From the NCBI GenBank assembly GCA_035634815.1, contig DASQCF010000009.1, forward strand, positions 8,585 through 72,584: a DNA stretch of 64,000 nucleotides, read 5' to 3'. The stretch is from Solirubrobacterales bacterium (GTDB lineage: Bacteria > Actinomycetota > Thermoleophilia > Solirubrobacterales > 70-9). Under the pieces are notes generated by a model. The model saw nothing but the letters and a program-made list of their open reading frames with translations. It made no database searches and had not been told where the DNA came from. Shown piece by piece: positions 49,476 through 58,253 of the stretch. The number at the start of each line of letters is the position of its first letter. Position 1 is the stretch's first letter. The translations under genes were made by a program, and so were the position numbers.

Positions 49476-49871
49476 GTGAAGCACCCGGCACGCGCGAAGA
49501 CGACGGCGATCGAGCGCCTCTTCGAGGCAGTGGGGCGCAACGACCCCGAGCGCGTCCTCGAACTGGTCCACCCGCGGGCCGAATGGTCGCCGACGGTCTG
49601 GAGCGGCGAACCGATGTACCGCGGCGAGGAAGGGGTCCACCTCTGGCTCTCCCAGTTCGGCGAAGAGCTTGAACACCTCGACATCCAGGTGCGGGACGTC
49701 GAGGTCCGCGGCGACCGCGGCGCCGTCCGCGGGATCGTCTTCGATACCCGCGGGTCGCAGACATTTGCCGTCGAGGTCTCCTGGAGCTTCGAGATGGAGG
49801 AAGGGCTGGTGCGCCGCGGCCGCGCGCACGGCAGTTGGGAGGACGCGCTGGGCGCGGCCGGCCTGCGCTGA
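49476..49871 (+). CDS. SnoaL/NTF2-like protein
   Basis: GTG at 49476, only 3 nt after the tRNA, so the start is doubtful. AIERLFEAVGRNDPERVLELVHPRAEW is an NTF2-like N-terminus. Confidence 0.5.
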   Translation: MKHPARAKTTAIERLFEAVGRNDPERVLELVHPRAEWSPTVWSGEPMYRGEEGVHLWLSQFGEELEHLDIQVRDVEVRGDRGAVRGIVFDTRGSQTFAVEVSWSFEMEEGLVRRGRAHGSWEDALGAAGLR

Positions 49872-49878
49872 GGCCGCG

Positions 49879-50622
49879 TCAGAGCGCGCGGAGCGCCAGC
49901 ACCACCGCCACCGCGAGCCCGAAGACGGCGATCCCGATCCGCAGCGGGTCGGCGGGGATGCGGCGTGCGTAGTGGGCGCCGACGCGGCCCCCGGCCAGCG
50001 AGGAGACCATCAGGGTCAGCGCGTAGCGCCACTCGACCGGGGCGAGGAAGGCGTAGGCGAGCGCGGCGAGCAGGTTGGCGCAGCCGACGAGGACGATCTT
50101 CATCGCGTTCAAGTGCTGGAGCGTGTCGGCGACGAAGAGGGCGAGGATCGCGAAGAGGAGGATGCTGACGGCGGAGCCGAAGTAGGCGCCGTAGGCGCCG
50201 CAGAAGACGACGCCGGCGGTGAGGTAGGGGGAGTGCTCGTTGCCCGCGTGCGAGAGCCGGGCCGTCAGCCGCGGCTGCAGGAGCAGCAGCAGGCAGGAGG
50301 CGGCGATCAGGACCGGGACGATCGCTTCGAAGGCGGCGTCGGAGGTGAGCAGCAGTGCCACCGTGCCGGCGACTGCGCCGACCAGCATCGGCACCAGCAG
50401 GCGGGCGAAGCGCTCGCCTTGGGCGCGAAGCAGGTCGCTGTAGCCGAGGGCGCCGCCGACGGCACCGGGGACGATCCCGACGGTGTTGGTGACGTTGGCC
50501 GAGAGCGGCGTCAGCCCGAGGGCGACCATCGTCGGGAAGGTGATCAGCGAGCCGGCGCCGGCGATGGAGTTCGACGCCCCCGCCGCGGCTCCGGCCGCCG
50601 CGACGGCGAGCAGCTCGAGCAT
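49879..50622 (-). CDS. TauE/SafE-family sulfite/anion exporter
   Basis: 247 aa. About 7-8 TM segments with duplicated Gly-rich halves. Confidence 0.85.
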   Translation of the reverse strand: MLELLAVAAAGAAAGASNSIAGAGSLITFPTMVALGLTPLSANVTNTVGIVPGAVGGALGYSDLLRAQGERFARLLVPMLVGAVAGTVALLLTSDAAFEAIVPVLIAASCLLLLLQPRLTARLSHAGNEHSPYLTAGVVFCGAYGAYFGSAVSILLFAILALFVADTLQHLNAMKIVLVGCANLLAALAYAFLAPVEWRYALTLMVSSLAGGRVGAHYARRIPADPLRIGIAVFGLAVAVVLALRAL

Positions 50623-50636
50623 CGGCTCACCCTAGG

Positions 50637-50681
50637 CGAGTTGCCGTTTTGTCTCGCCTGCCGCGACAAAGCGGCAACTCG
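50637..50681. repeat. Imperfect palindromic element (copy 2 of 2; see 23206..23250)
   Basis: CGAGTTGCCGTTTTGTC ... GACAAAGCGGCAACTCG, with 16/17 arm pairing. Lies 15 nt upstream of the TauE start. Confidence 0.6.
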
Positions 50682-50686
50682 GCGTG

Positions 50687-51559
50687 TCAGGCTGCGGCGC
50701 GGGGGACGTCGGTGCCGCCGCGGCGCTTCTCGCGCTGGGTGACGACGTTGAAGAAGTAGTCGTTGCGGCCGCGGCGCAGTGGGCGCGGCATCGCGCGGCG
50801 GGCGCCGCGGTGGGCAGCGGTCACCGAGCGGAAGGCGCGCTCGTGGGCGGCGGTCCAGCGGATGCCGAAGATCTCGCGGACCCGCGGCGGCAGGGTGCCC
50901 TTGATGATCAGGTTCTGCGTCTCCAGGTTGAGCCGGGCCGGTAGCGGCACCGGCTGGCGGAAGGCGACCAGCGGCGCCATCTCCAGCGCGTGCTCGGTCG
51001 CGTGCAGGTCGGGCGAGGCGAGTTTGCCGTCCCACCAGGCTTTGAACTCGAGGTAGGTGGCGGGGACCGCGTCGCGGGGCAGCCCGAAGAGCTCGCCGAA
51101 GCGGACGTAGTCCTGCCAGAGGGCTTCGCGCTCGGCCGCGCTCAGCGGGCGGGCCATCGTCTCGTACATCGCGCGGCCGGAGTCGGCGATCACCGCCAGC
51201 GTCCAGAGCATCAGCTCGGGGTCGAAGGCCGAGTACGCGGCCCCGGCGGCATGGGCGCCGGCTGCCTCGGGCAGCTCGCCCTCGATCCGCTCGTGCAGGC
51301 GGTGGACCGCCCCCAGCGCCTTGTCGGCCTCGGCCTTGGTGCCGAGGAAGACCGTCTCCTGGATCTTGGCGGTGCGGGCGAGGCGGGTAAAGGGATGGTC
51401 GCCGGCGTTGGTGCTGAGCATCGTGCCGGTGTAGGTGAGGGGTTCCAGCGCCCCGATCAACAGCGCCCGCTGCCCGTAGAGAAGGCCGACCGAACGCTCG
51501 CCGTGGACCCGGCGAGCCATCGATCGGCCGGGCGGGAAGTAGTACTCGGGGTCGCTCAC
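50687..51559 (-). CDS. DUF2236/MpaB-family oxygenase-like protein
   Basis: MARRVHGERSVGLLYGQRALLIGALEPL is typical of the family N-terminus. Confidence 0.75.
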   Translation of the reverse strand: MSDPEYYFPPGRSMARRVHGERSVGLLYGQRALLIGALEPLTYTGTMLSTNAGDHPFTRLARTAKIQETVFLGTKAEADKALGAVHRLHERIEGELPEAAGAHAAGAAYSAFDPELMLWTLAVIADSGRAMYETMARPLSAAEREALWQDYVRFGELFGLPRDAVPATYLEFKAWWDGKLASPDLHATEHALEMAPLVAFRQPVPLPARLNLETQNLIIKGTLPPRVREIFGIRWTAAHERAFRSVTAAHRGARRAMPRPLRRGRNDYFFNVVTQREKRRGGTDVPRAAA

Positions 51560-51597
51560 TGGCCGTCTGGTCAGCCAGTCTAACTCAAGGGTGACAA

Positions 51598-53166
51598 TTA
51601 GGCCGAATGGTCTAGACCGGTGCGACCGGTCGGCATCTCGCGGCTCATCGCGACCAGCGCCGCACCGGAGCCGGGGGCGGCCAGGCCGCGCAGCTCGTGG
51701 GCGTCGAAGATTTCGTCGAGCTCCTCGCGGGTCAGCGTCTCGCGCTCCAGGGCGAGGACGGCCAGGTGGTCGAGGACCTCGAGGTTGGCCGAGAGCAGGG
51801 CGCGGGCGCGGCGGTAGGCCTCCCGCGCCAGCGTCATCGCCGCCTGGTCGACCTCGCGGCGGGTCTGGTCGGAGACCGCGTAGTCGCCGGTCGGCAGCGC
51901 GATCGGCGCCGGGCCGTCGTGGTCGAGCGCGACCCCCATCCCGAATTCGGAGACCATCTGCTTGCAGACCAGGTGGACCCGGTTGAGGTCGTCGGAGGCG
52001 CCCGAATAGGACTCGCCGAGGACGATCTCCTCGGCGGCGCGGCCGCCCAGCAGGGTGACGATCTCGTCGAGCAGTTCGTCGCGGGACTTCAGGTAGCTGT
52101 CCTCCTGCGGCGAGTGGGCGACGAAGCCGAGCGCCGGGCCGCGGGGGACGATGCTGAGGATCTCCGGCGGGTCGAGGCCGAGCAGCCGGCGGCAGAGGGC
52201 GTGGCCCGCCTCGTGGTAGGCGACGATCCGCCGCTCCTTGGCGTTGAGGCGCCGCGCCTGCTGGGAGCCGACGGCCTGGCGCAGCAGCGCCTCGTCGAGG
52301 TCCTCGCGGGTCATGTAGAAGCGGCCGGCGCGGCCGGCGATGATCGCCCCCTCGTTGAGCGCGTTGGCGAGCTGGGCGCCGGTCATCCCGGTCGTCTTAC
52401 GGGCGACGTCGCCGAGGTCGAGGTCGGGGGCCAGCGGCTTGTTCTTGGCGTGGCTGCGGAGGATCGCCTCGCGGCCGGCGCGGTCGGGCGGCGAGACCAG
52501 CACCAGGCGGTCGAAGCGGCCGGGACGCAGCAGCGCCTTGTCGAGCTTTTCGACGTAGTTGGAGGCGGCGATCACGATCACCATCCCCGGGTCTTTCTCA
52601 AAGCCGTCGAGCTCGACCAGCAGCTGGTTCAGCGCCTGCTCGCGCTCGCTGGTGCCGCCGTCGCCGCTACCACCGCCGCGGGAGCCGCCGATCGCGTCGA
52701 GCTCGTCGATGAAGATCACCGCGCGGCCGCTCTTCCGCGCCTCCTTGAAGAGGCGGCGGATGCGGGCGGCGCCGCGGCCGACGAACATCTCGACGAAGCT
52801 CGATCCCGAGGCGGCGTAGAAGTCGACTCCGGCCTGGGCGGCGACGGCGCGGGCGAGCATCGTCTTGCCGGTGCCGGGGGGGCCGTGGAGGAGGACGCCG
52901 CGCGGCGCCTGGGCGCCGAGGGCGGCGAAGCGTTCCGGTTCGCGCAGCCAGGCGGCGACGTCCATCAGCTCCTCTTTGGCGGCGTCGACCCCCTGGACCT
53001 CGTCCCAGAGGACGGCCTCGGTCTTCGAAGCTTTGACCGTCTCCGGCTTGGTCGTCCCCATCATCCCCCGCGCCATTTTCAAGAAGACGAAGCAGAGGAT
53101 CGACATGAAGACGACCCCGAAGACGGGGTACCAGTTGAAAAAGAATTCCTGCACGCGAGTGGCCAT
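51598..53166 (-). CDS. FtsH-like AAA+ zinc metalloprotease paralog with a single N-terminal TM and no extracytoplasmic domain
   Basis: ORF trimmed to the ATG at 53166. GPPGTGKT, an SRH region and HEAGHA zinc motif. The AAA module starts about 45 aa after the only TM helix. Confidence 0.85.
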   Translation of the reverse strand: MATRVQEFFFNWYPVFGVVFMSILCFVFLKMARGMMGTTKPETVKASKTEAVLWDEVQGVDAAKEELMDVAAWLREPERFAALGAQAPRGVLLHGPPGTGKTMLARAVAAQAGVDFYAASGSSFVEMFVGRGAARIRRLFKEARKSGRAVIFIDELDAIGGSRGGGSGDGGTSEREQALNQLLVELDGFEKDPGMVIVIAASNYVEKLDKALLRPGRFDRLVLVSPPDRAGREAILRSHAKNKPLAPDLDLGDVARKTTGMTGAQLANALNEGAIIAGRAGRFYMTREDLDEALLRQAVGSQQARRLNAKERRIVAYHEAGHALCRRLLGLDPPEILSIVPRGPALGFVAHSPQEDSYLKSRDELLDEIVTLLGGRAAEEIVLGESYSGASDDLNRVHLVCKQMVSEFGMGVALDHDGPAPIALPTGDYAVSDQTRREVDQAAMTLAREAYRRARALLSANLEVLDHLAVLALERETLTREELDEIFDAHELRGLAAPGSGAALVAMSREMPTGRTGLDHSA

Positions 53167-53251
53167 CGCTGCAGTGTGGAGACAAATGTGCGATTTCCCC
53201 ATCGCACATCCGTCCAAATGTGCAGAAATCGCTAAAGGTCGTGCCTGAGAG

Positions 53252-53995
53252 CTACCTCTCGACCTGGGAGCCGCCGACGATCGCGTCCTCGCCGGAGTCG
53301 CCGAAGACGACCCAGGCCTTGTTGCCGCCGTCGTAGTCGGGGGCCCAGAGCTTCAGGGTCGCGGGGCGGCCCCAGACGGTGACCTGCTCCTCGCCGGTCG
53401 AGTCGAGGCCGCGCCAGATCCGCACGAAGGGGTTGCCTTCCCACTCGGCGGCGATCGTGGTCGGCTCGCGGTGGCCGGGGTGGACGGTCGTGTTCGGCGG
53501 CAGCTCCATCAGCCGCATCACCGAGGCCTGCAGGTCGGCGAAGCCGCTGGCGCCGGGGGCCATCGTTCCGCCCACCGTCCCCTTGAAGAGGACGTCGGCG
53601 GTGAAGACGTCGCTGCCGTTGACGAGGAAGGCGAGGTGGCCGGCGGCGTGGCCGGGGGTGTAGATCGCCTCGACCTCGAGGCCGCCGGCGTCGAGCTTCT
53701 CGCCGTCGCCGAGGATGATCTCGACCTCGTCTTCGAGCTCCGCCGCGCAGGCCTCGTGGGCGACCAGCGGCGGGTTGCCGAGCTGCGCCCGCGCCTCAGC
53801 GAGGCCGGCGACGTGGTCGCCGTGGGGATGGGTGACGAGGACGTGGGTGATCTCGATCCCGTCGCGCTCAGCCCGCTCCAGCAGCGGCCCCAGCTCGTCG
53901 TTGCCGTCGATCAGGACGCCGGTGCCCCGCCCCGGGTCGGCGACCAGGTAGGCGTTCGACAGCCACATCGGGTTCTCGGTCCTCTCGACGATCAC
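53252..53995 (-). CDS. MBL-fold metallo-hydrolase
   Basis: GTG at 53995 (GTGA overlap with the upstream stop; GAGGAGG upstream). THPHGDHV motif. Confidence 0.8.
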   Translation of the reverse strand: MIVERTENPMWLSNAYLVADPGRGTGVLIDGNDELGPLLERAERDGIEITHVLVTHPHGDHVAGLAEARAQLGNPPLVAHEACAAELEDEVEIILGDGEKLDAGGLEVEAIYTPGHAAGHLAFLVNGSDVFTADVLFKGTVGGTMAPGASGFADLQASVMRLMELPPNTTVHPGHREPTTIAAEWEGNPFVRIWRGLDSTGEEQVTVWGRPATLKLWAPDYDGGNKAWVVFGDSGEDAIVGGSQVER

Positions 53996-54810
53996 TGTTC
54001 CTCCTCGTTCGCGGAAACGGCCGCCCGGGAGGTTACGGCGCTGCCCTCGAGGAGGGTCCGGGCGACGAGCTCGGGATCGTCCCAGGTGGGGGTGTGGCCG
54101 ACCTCGGGGAGGACGAGGAAGCGGGCGCCGGCGGGACGGCGGTGGCGCTTCGGCGGCCCGACCAGGCGGTCGCGCTCGCACCAGGCGATCGTCACCGGCA
54201 CGTCCTCCGGGTAACCCGCGGGGTCGAAGACGTGGTTTCGCATCGCCCGGTTGGCAGCGTCGTAGCCCTCGCCGTCGAGCCAGCCGAGGGCGAGCGCCCG
54301 CGCCGCGTCGGGCGGGATCCGCTCCGGGTGGGCGGCGATCGACTGGAAGGCGGCCCGGCGGGTGGGCGGGAACCGGAGGGCGAGGGAGAGGAACGGGCGC
54401 GCCGCCTTCACCCAGGGGGAGCCGCGCAGCAGCATCCGGGCGCCGCCGCCGGCGGGCTCGCCGAGCGGGCGTGACCAGAGCCCGGCGGGGGAGAGGGCGG
54501 TGACCGAGGCCGCCCAGCCGAAGCGGCCCATTTCCAGCGCCACCCAGCCGCCGAGCGAGTTGCCGGCGACGTGCGGGCGCTCCACTCCGTGCCGGGCGCA
54601 CTCCTCGTGCACCGCCCGCGCCAGGTTGGCGGCGGTCGGCTCGACGTCGGGCGGCAGCGGCGGCGCGCCGCCGAACCCCGGCATGTCGATCGCGTGCACT
54701 TCGCGCTCGCGCTCCAGCAGCGGGATCACCGGCTCCCAGATGCTGCGGGTGCCGCCGAGGCCGTGGATCAGCAGCAGCGGCTCGCGGTCTCCCGTCCCGG
54801 CAGCGCTCAC
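53992..54810 (-). CDS. Alpha/beta hydrolase
   Basis: GTG at 54810 (GTGA overlap). LLLIHGLGG and the nucleophile elbow GNSLGG. Confidence 0.8.
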   Translation of the reverse strand: MSAAGTGDREPLLLIHGLGGTRSIWEPVIPLLEREREVHAIDMPGFGGAPPLPPDVEPTAANLARAVHEECARHGVERPHVAGNSLGGWVALEMGRFGWAASVTALSPAGLWSRPLGEPAGGGARMLLRGSPWVKAARPFLSLALRFPPTRRAAFQSIAAHPERIPPDAARALALGWLDGEGYDAANRAMRNHVFDPAGYPEDVPVTIAWCERDRLVGPPKRHRRPAGARFLVLPEVGHTPTWDDPELVARTLLEGSAVTSRAAVSANEEEQ

Positions 54811-56009
54811 CGCGCCCCCGGCTTGGCGAAGAGCGCCTGCACGTCGCCGATCCGCCGCTCGCGGAAGCCCGCCTCCGAGGAGCTCAGGTAGAAGTCCCAG
54901 AGACGCCGGAAGCGCTCGTCGTAGCCGCGGTCGCGCAGCTTCTCCCAGGCGGCGAAGAAGCGCCCGCGCCACTCCGCCAGGGTGGGCGGGTAGTGGGCGG
55001 TGATGTCGTCGCGCCAGACCTGCTTCATCGAGGTCACCCGCTCCAGGCAGCCGGCGATCATCCCCTCCGAGGGCAGGCAGCCGCCGGGGAAGACGTGGGT
55101 GTTGGCGAAGCTCCGCGCCGCCTTCTCCAGCTCGTAGATGCGGTCGTCGATCGTGATCGCCTGCAGCAGCATCAGGCCGTCGTCGGTGAGCAGCTCGTCG
55201 CAGCGGCGGAAGTAGTCGTCGAAGTACTGCCAGCCGACGGCCTCGATCATCTCGACGCTGACCAGCCGGTCGTAGCGCCCGTCGAGGTCGCGGTAGTCCT
55301 GGAGCAGGACGGTGACCTGGTCGCCGAGGCCGGCCTCGCGGACCCGCTCGGTCGCCAGGTCGAACTGCTGCTGGGAGATCGTCGTCGTCGTCACCCGGCA
55401 GCCGCTGCGCCGGGCGGCGTGGATCGCCATCCCGCCCCAGCCGGTGCCGATCTCCAGCAGGTGGTTCTCGGGGCTGAGCCGGAGGCGGTCGCAGATGCGG
55501 TCGAGCTTCGCCAGCTGGGCCTGCTCCAGGCTCGCCGCCTCGTCGGGAAAGTAGGCGCAGGAATACATCATCCGCTCGTCGAGGAAGGCGGCGAAGAGGT
55601 CGTTGCCGAGGTCGTAGTGGGCGGAGATGTTGCGCCGGGCGCCGGTGCGGCTGTTCTCGGGGACGAGGTGGCGGACCCGGTGCCAGAGCCCGCGCGGGGC
55701 GGCGACCGCGCGGCGGACGCCGTCCATCTCGCGCAGCTCGCGGGCGGCGATGCGGATCAGGCCGACCAGGTCGTCGGTCTCCCAGCGGCCCTCGACGTAG
55801 CCCTCGCCGAGGCCGACGCTGCCGTGCAGCGGGTCGCGCCAGGCGGCCGGGTCGTTGATCGTCACCCTCGCCGTCAGTTCGGCGTCGGGCGGCCCGAAGC
55901 TCCGTTCGCGGCCGCCTTCGACCACGTCGATGCGGCCGTTGCGCAGGCGGCCGAGGACGGCGCCGACGCCGGCCCGGGCGAGCGCGTCGCGGGTCGCGAG
56001 CGAGCTCAT
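54807..56009 (-). CDS. cfa: Cyclopropane-fatty-acyl-phospholipid synthase
   Basis: SAM motif LLEIGTGWGG. CFA-synthase-length protein downstream of the DUF1365 and amine-oxidase genes. Confidence 0.9.
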   Translation of the reverse strand: MSSLATRDALARAGVGAVLGRLRNGRIDVVEGGRERSFGPPDAELTARVTINDPAAWRDPLHGSVGLGEGYVEGRWETDDLVGLIRIAARELREMDGVRRAVAAPRGLWHRVRHLVPENSRTGARRNISAHYDLGNDLFAAFLDERMMYSCAYFPDEAASLEQAQLAKLDRICDRLRLSPENHLLEIGTGWGGMAIHAARRSGCRVTTTTISQQQFDLATERVREAGLGDQVTVLLQDYRDLDGRYDRLVSVEMIEAVGWQYFDDYFRRCDELLTDDGLMLLQAITIDDRIYELEKAARSFANTHVFPGGCLPSEGMIAGCLERVTSMKQVWRDDITAHYPPTLAEWRGRFFAAWEKLRDRGYDERFRRLWDFYLSSSEAGFRERRIGDVQALFAKPGAR

Positions 56010-56827
56010 GGCGAGACGAACCCCTTCGGGCGGCTGCCGTCGGGGTGCGGGTGGTACTTCGCCCCCTTCAGCTTCAACCGCAGCGACTGCGCGTAGATCT
56101 TCGCCACCACCTGCAGCGACATCGCCGGGTAGCGGGCGAGCATCGCGGCCAGGGTGCCCCCAGAGAGCTCCCGCCGCCGCAGGTTGAGCGTCGCGTCAAA
56201 GGTCTTCGCCCCCCGGCTCCGCCGAGACCGCGAAAATACGTCCTGACGACGTATTTCTGCGGTTTCGGCATCAGCGCGCGGGCGGGACTCGATGTGGACG
56301 GCGATGCTCTCGCCGGGCTCCGAGGCGCGGAAGGAGTAGGTCTGGTCCATGCCCATCAGCGGGGAGACGTGGAAGCTCTTGTCGAGCTCTTCACCGAGCA
56401 CCGTACCCCGCCGTTCTCCGCGTGCCAAGACGTAGGGATGGCGCTCTCCCCAGGGAATGTTCTGCACGTCGGCCACGACTGCATCTACCCGTTCGCCGCT
56501 TCCGTCGAAGCAGTAGTAGAAGGAGACCGGGTTGAAGGAGTGGCCGAAGTAGCGCAGGCCGGTCAGCAGTCGAACCGGCCCCTCGGGACGCTCGCCGGTG
56601 GCGGCGGCGACCACCCCGCGCGCGCACTCGTCGAGCGGCCGCGCCGGGTCGCCCATGAAGTCGGCGCGGCGGAAGCGGGCGGGGGCGGCGCGGCGGGCGG
56701 AGAAGAGCGGGAAGCGGTCGAGCAGCTGCGGCAGCTCGCCGAGGTCGAGGTACATGAGGAAGAGCCGGTAGCTGAACGAGTGGTCGACCGGCTCGAAGCG
56801 CCGGTGGCGGATGGTCCCCTCATACAC
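56006..56827 (-). CDS. DUF1365 family protein
   Basis: VYEGTIRHRRF...FSYRLFLMYLDLGEL. GTG at 56827 is preferred because the ATG at 56914 would place a 21-bp perfect hairpin inside the N-terminus. Confidence 0.75.
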   Translation of the reverse strand: MYEGTIRHRRFEPVDHSFSYRLFLMYLDLGELPQLLDRFPLFSARRAAPARFRRADFMGDPARPLDECARGVVAAATGERPEGPVRLLTGLRYFGHSFNPVSFYYCFDGSGERVDAVVADVQNIPWGERHPYVLARGERRGTVLGEELDKSFHVSPLMGMDQTYSFRASEPGESIAVHIESRPRADAETAEIRRQDVFSRSRRSRGAKTFDATLNLRRRELSGGTLAAMLARYPAMSLQVVAKIYAQSLRLKLKGAKYHPHPDGSRPKGFVSP

Positions 56828-56843
56828 CGCTGACGCGGGCGGT

Positions 56844-56910
56844 CGGGACGAGGGGTGGGGGTCGGCGGACAACAGCGGGGAGGGTCCGGCGACCCCCACC
56901 CCTCGTCCCG
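56844..56910. repeat. GC-rich 21-bp perfect inverted repeat with a 25-nt loop
   Basis: CGGGACGAGGGGTGGGGGTCG ... CGACCCCCACCCCTCGTCCCG, between the amine-oxidase stop and the DUF1365 start. Confidence 0.7.
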
Positions 56911-56922
56911 CCATCACCGGGC

Positions 56923-58191
56923 TCAAGCTGCAAGCACCTCCTCGATGTGGGGAGCTGCGGCGAGGGAGTTGGAGACGCGCTCGGCGCTGATTACGCCGTC
57001 CTCGTGGAAGCCCCAGCCCCAGTAGGCGCCGCAGTAGTGGGTGCGGTGGGCGGGGCCGGAGATCTCGGCGTGGCGGGTCTGGGCGGCGACGCCCTCCTTG
57101 GTGTAGACCGGGTGGTCGTAGGAGATGCGGCGGATCACCTTCGCCGGGTCGATTTCGTCGCCGCGGTTGAGGGTGACGAAGTAGTGACGCCGTGCCCGCA
57201 GCTTCTGCAGATTGTTCATCCAGTAGGTGACCGTGGTCCCCCGCGCGGGCTCGTCGCTGAGGTGGAAGTTCCAGCTCGACCAGGCGGCGCGGCGGCGCGG
57301 CATCATCGAGGCGTCGGTGTGGAGGACGGCTTCGTTCGGCTGGTAGGGGATGGCGCCGAGGATCTCTCGCTCGGCCTCGCTCGGGTCGGCGAGCATCGCC
57401 AGCGCCTGGTCGGAGTGGGTGGCGACGACGACCTGGTCGAACTCCTCGCTCTCGCAGCCGTCGGCCTCGATCCGCACCCCGTCGGGGAGCCGCTCGATCC
57501 GCCGCACCGGCGCCCGCAGCCGCACCCGGTCGCGCCAAGGCGCGACGATCGCCTCGACGTAGCTGCGCGAGCCGCCGCTCACCGTCCGCCACTTCGGCCG
57601 GTCCCGCAGGCTGTACATGCCGTGGTTCTCGAAGAACTCGGCCATGAAGCTGGCCGGGAAGTTCCACATCTGCTCGGGGTCGGCCGACCAGACGGCGCTC
57701 GCCTGGGGGACGATCAGCCGCTCGACGAAGTGCCGGGAGAACCCCTGCTGCTCCAGCCAGTGGCCGAGCGAGGGCGCGGTCCCGTTCATCCCGATCAGCG
57801 CCCGCGCCTCGCGGTTGAAGCGGCGCCAGTCGCGCAGCATCCCGAGGAAGGTCGGGCTGAGCAGGTGCGCGGGGCGGGCGAAGAGCCCCCAGGGGGTGCC
57901 GGAGTACTCGAAACGGCCGCGCCCGTCGGCGACCGAGAAGCCCATGTGCGAGGGCTGGCTCGCGACCCCGAGCTCCGCCAGCAGCGCTTCGAAGGCGGGG
58001 TAGTTACGGTCGTTGAAGACGATGAACCCGGTGTCGATCCAGTGGATTCCATCCTCGGCCGCGACCGGGACGGTGTGGGTGTGGCCGCCGATCCGCTCGC
58101 CCGCCTCGTAAACGACGATCTCGTGCTCGGGCGCCAGCCTGTGGGCAGCCGTCAGCCCCGAGATACCGGTTCCGACGATCGCGATCCTCAT
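56923..58191 (-). CDS. FAD-dependent amine-oxidase-like oxidoreductase
   Basis: ORF trimmed to the ATG at 58191 (MRIAIVGTGISGLTAA dinucleotide-binding motif). Confidence 0.85.
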   Translation of the reverse strand: MRIAIVGTGISGLTAAHRLAPEHEIVVYEAGERIGGHTHTVPVAAEDGIHWIDTGFIVFNDRNYPAFEALLAELGVASQPSHMGFSVADGRGRFEYSGTPWGLFARPAHLLSPTFLGMLRDWRRFNREARALIGMNGTAPSLGHWLEQQGFSRHFVERLIVPQASAVWSADPEQMWNFPASFMAEFFENHGMYSLRDRPKWRTVSGGSRSYVEAIVAPWRDRVRLRAPVRRIERLPDGVRIEADGCESEEFDQVVVATHSDQALAMLADPSEAEREILGAIPYQPNEAVLHTDASMMPRRRAAWSSWNFHLSDEPARGTTVTYWMNNLQKLRARRHYFVTLNRGDEIDPAKVIRRISYDHPVYTKEGVAAQTRHAEISGPAHRTHYCGAYWGWGFHEDGVISAERVSNSLAAAPHIEEVLAA

Positions 58192-58253
58192 CGGCAGTTC
58201 CCTACGAGGGACGCCGCCAATCGGTTGCATCGGATCTCCAAACCAGTTGTCGG

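Noticed and set aside
49476-49871. A second integrative element at tRNA-Val.
   Set aside because: No integrase, no repeat of the tRNA 3' end and no G+C drop follow it. The next genes (NTF2-like, TauE) look like core genes.
56828-56914. An ATG at 56914 as the DUF1365 start.
   Set aside because: It would translate the 21-bp perfect hairpin into a Gly/Pro/Ser-rich extension that family N-termini (...YxGxxxHRRF) do not have. The GTG at 56827 is the first start codon after the hairpin. This remains uncertain.
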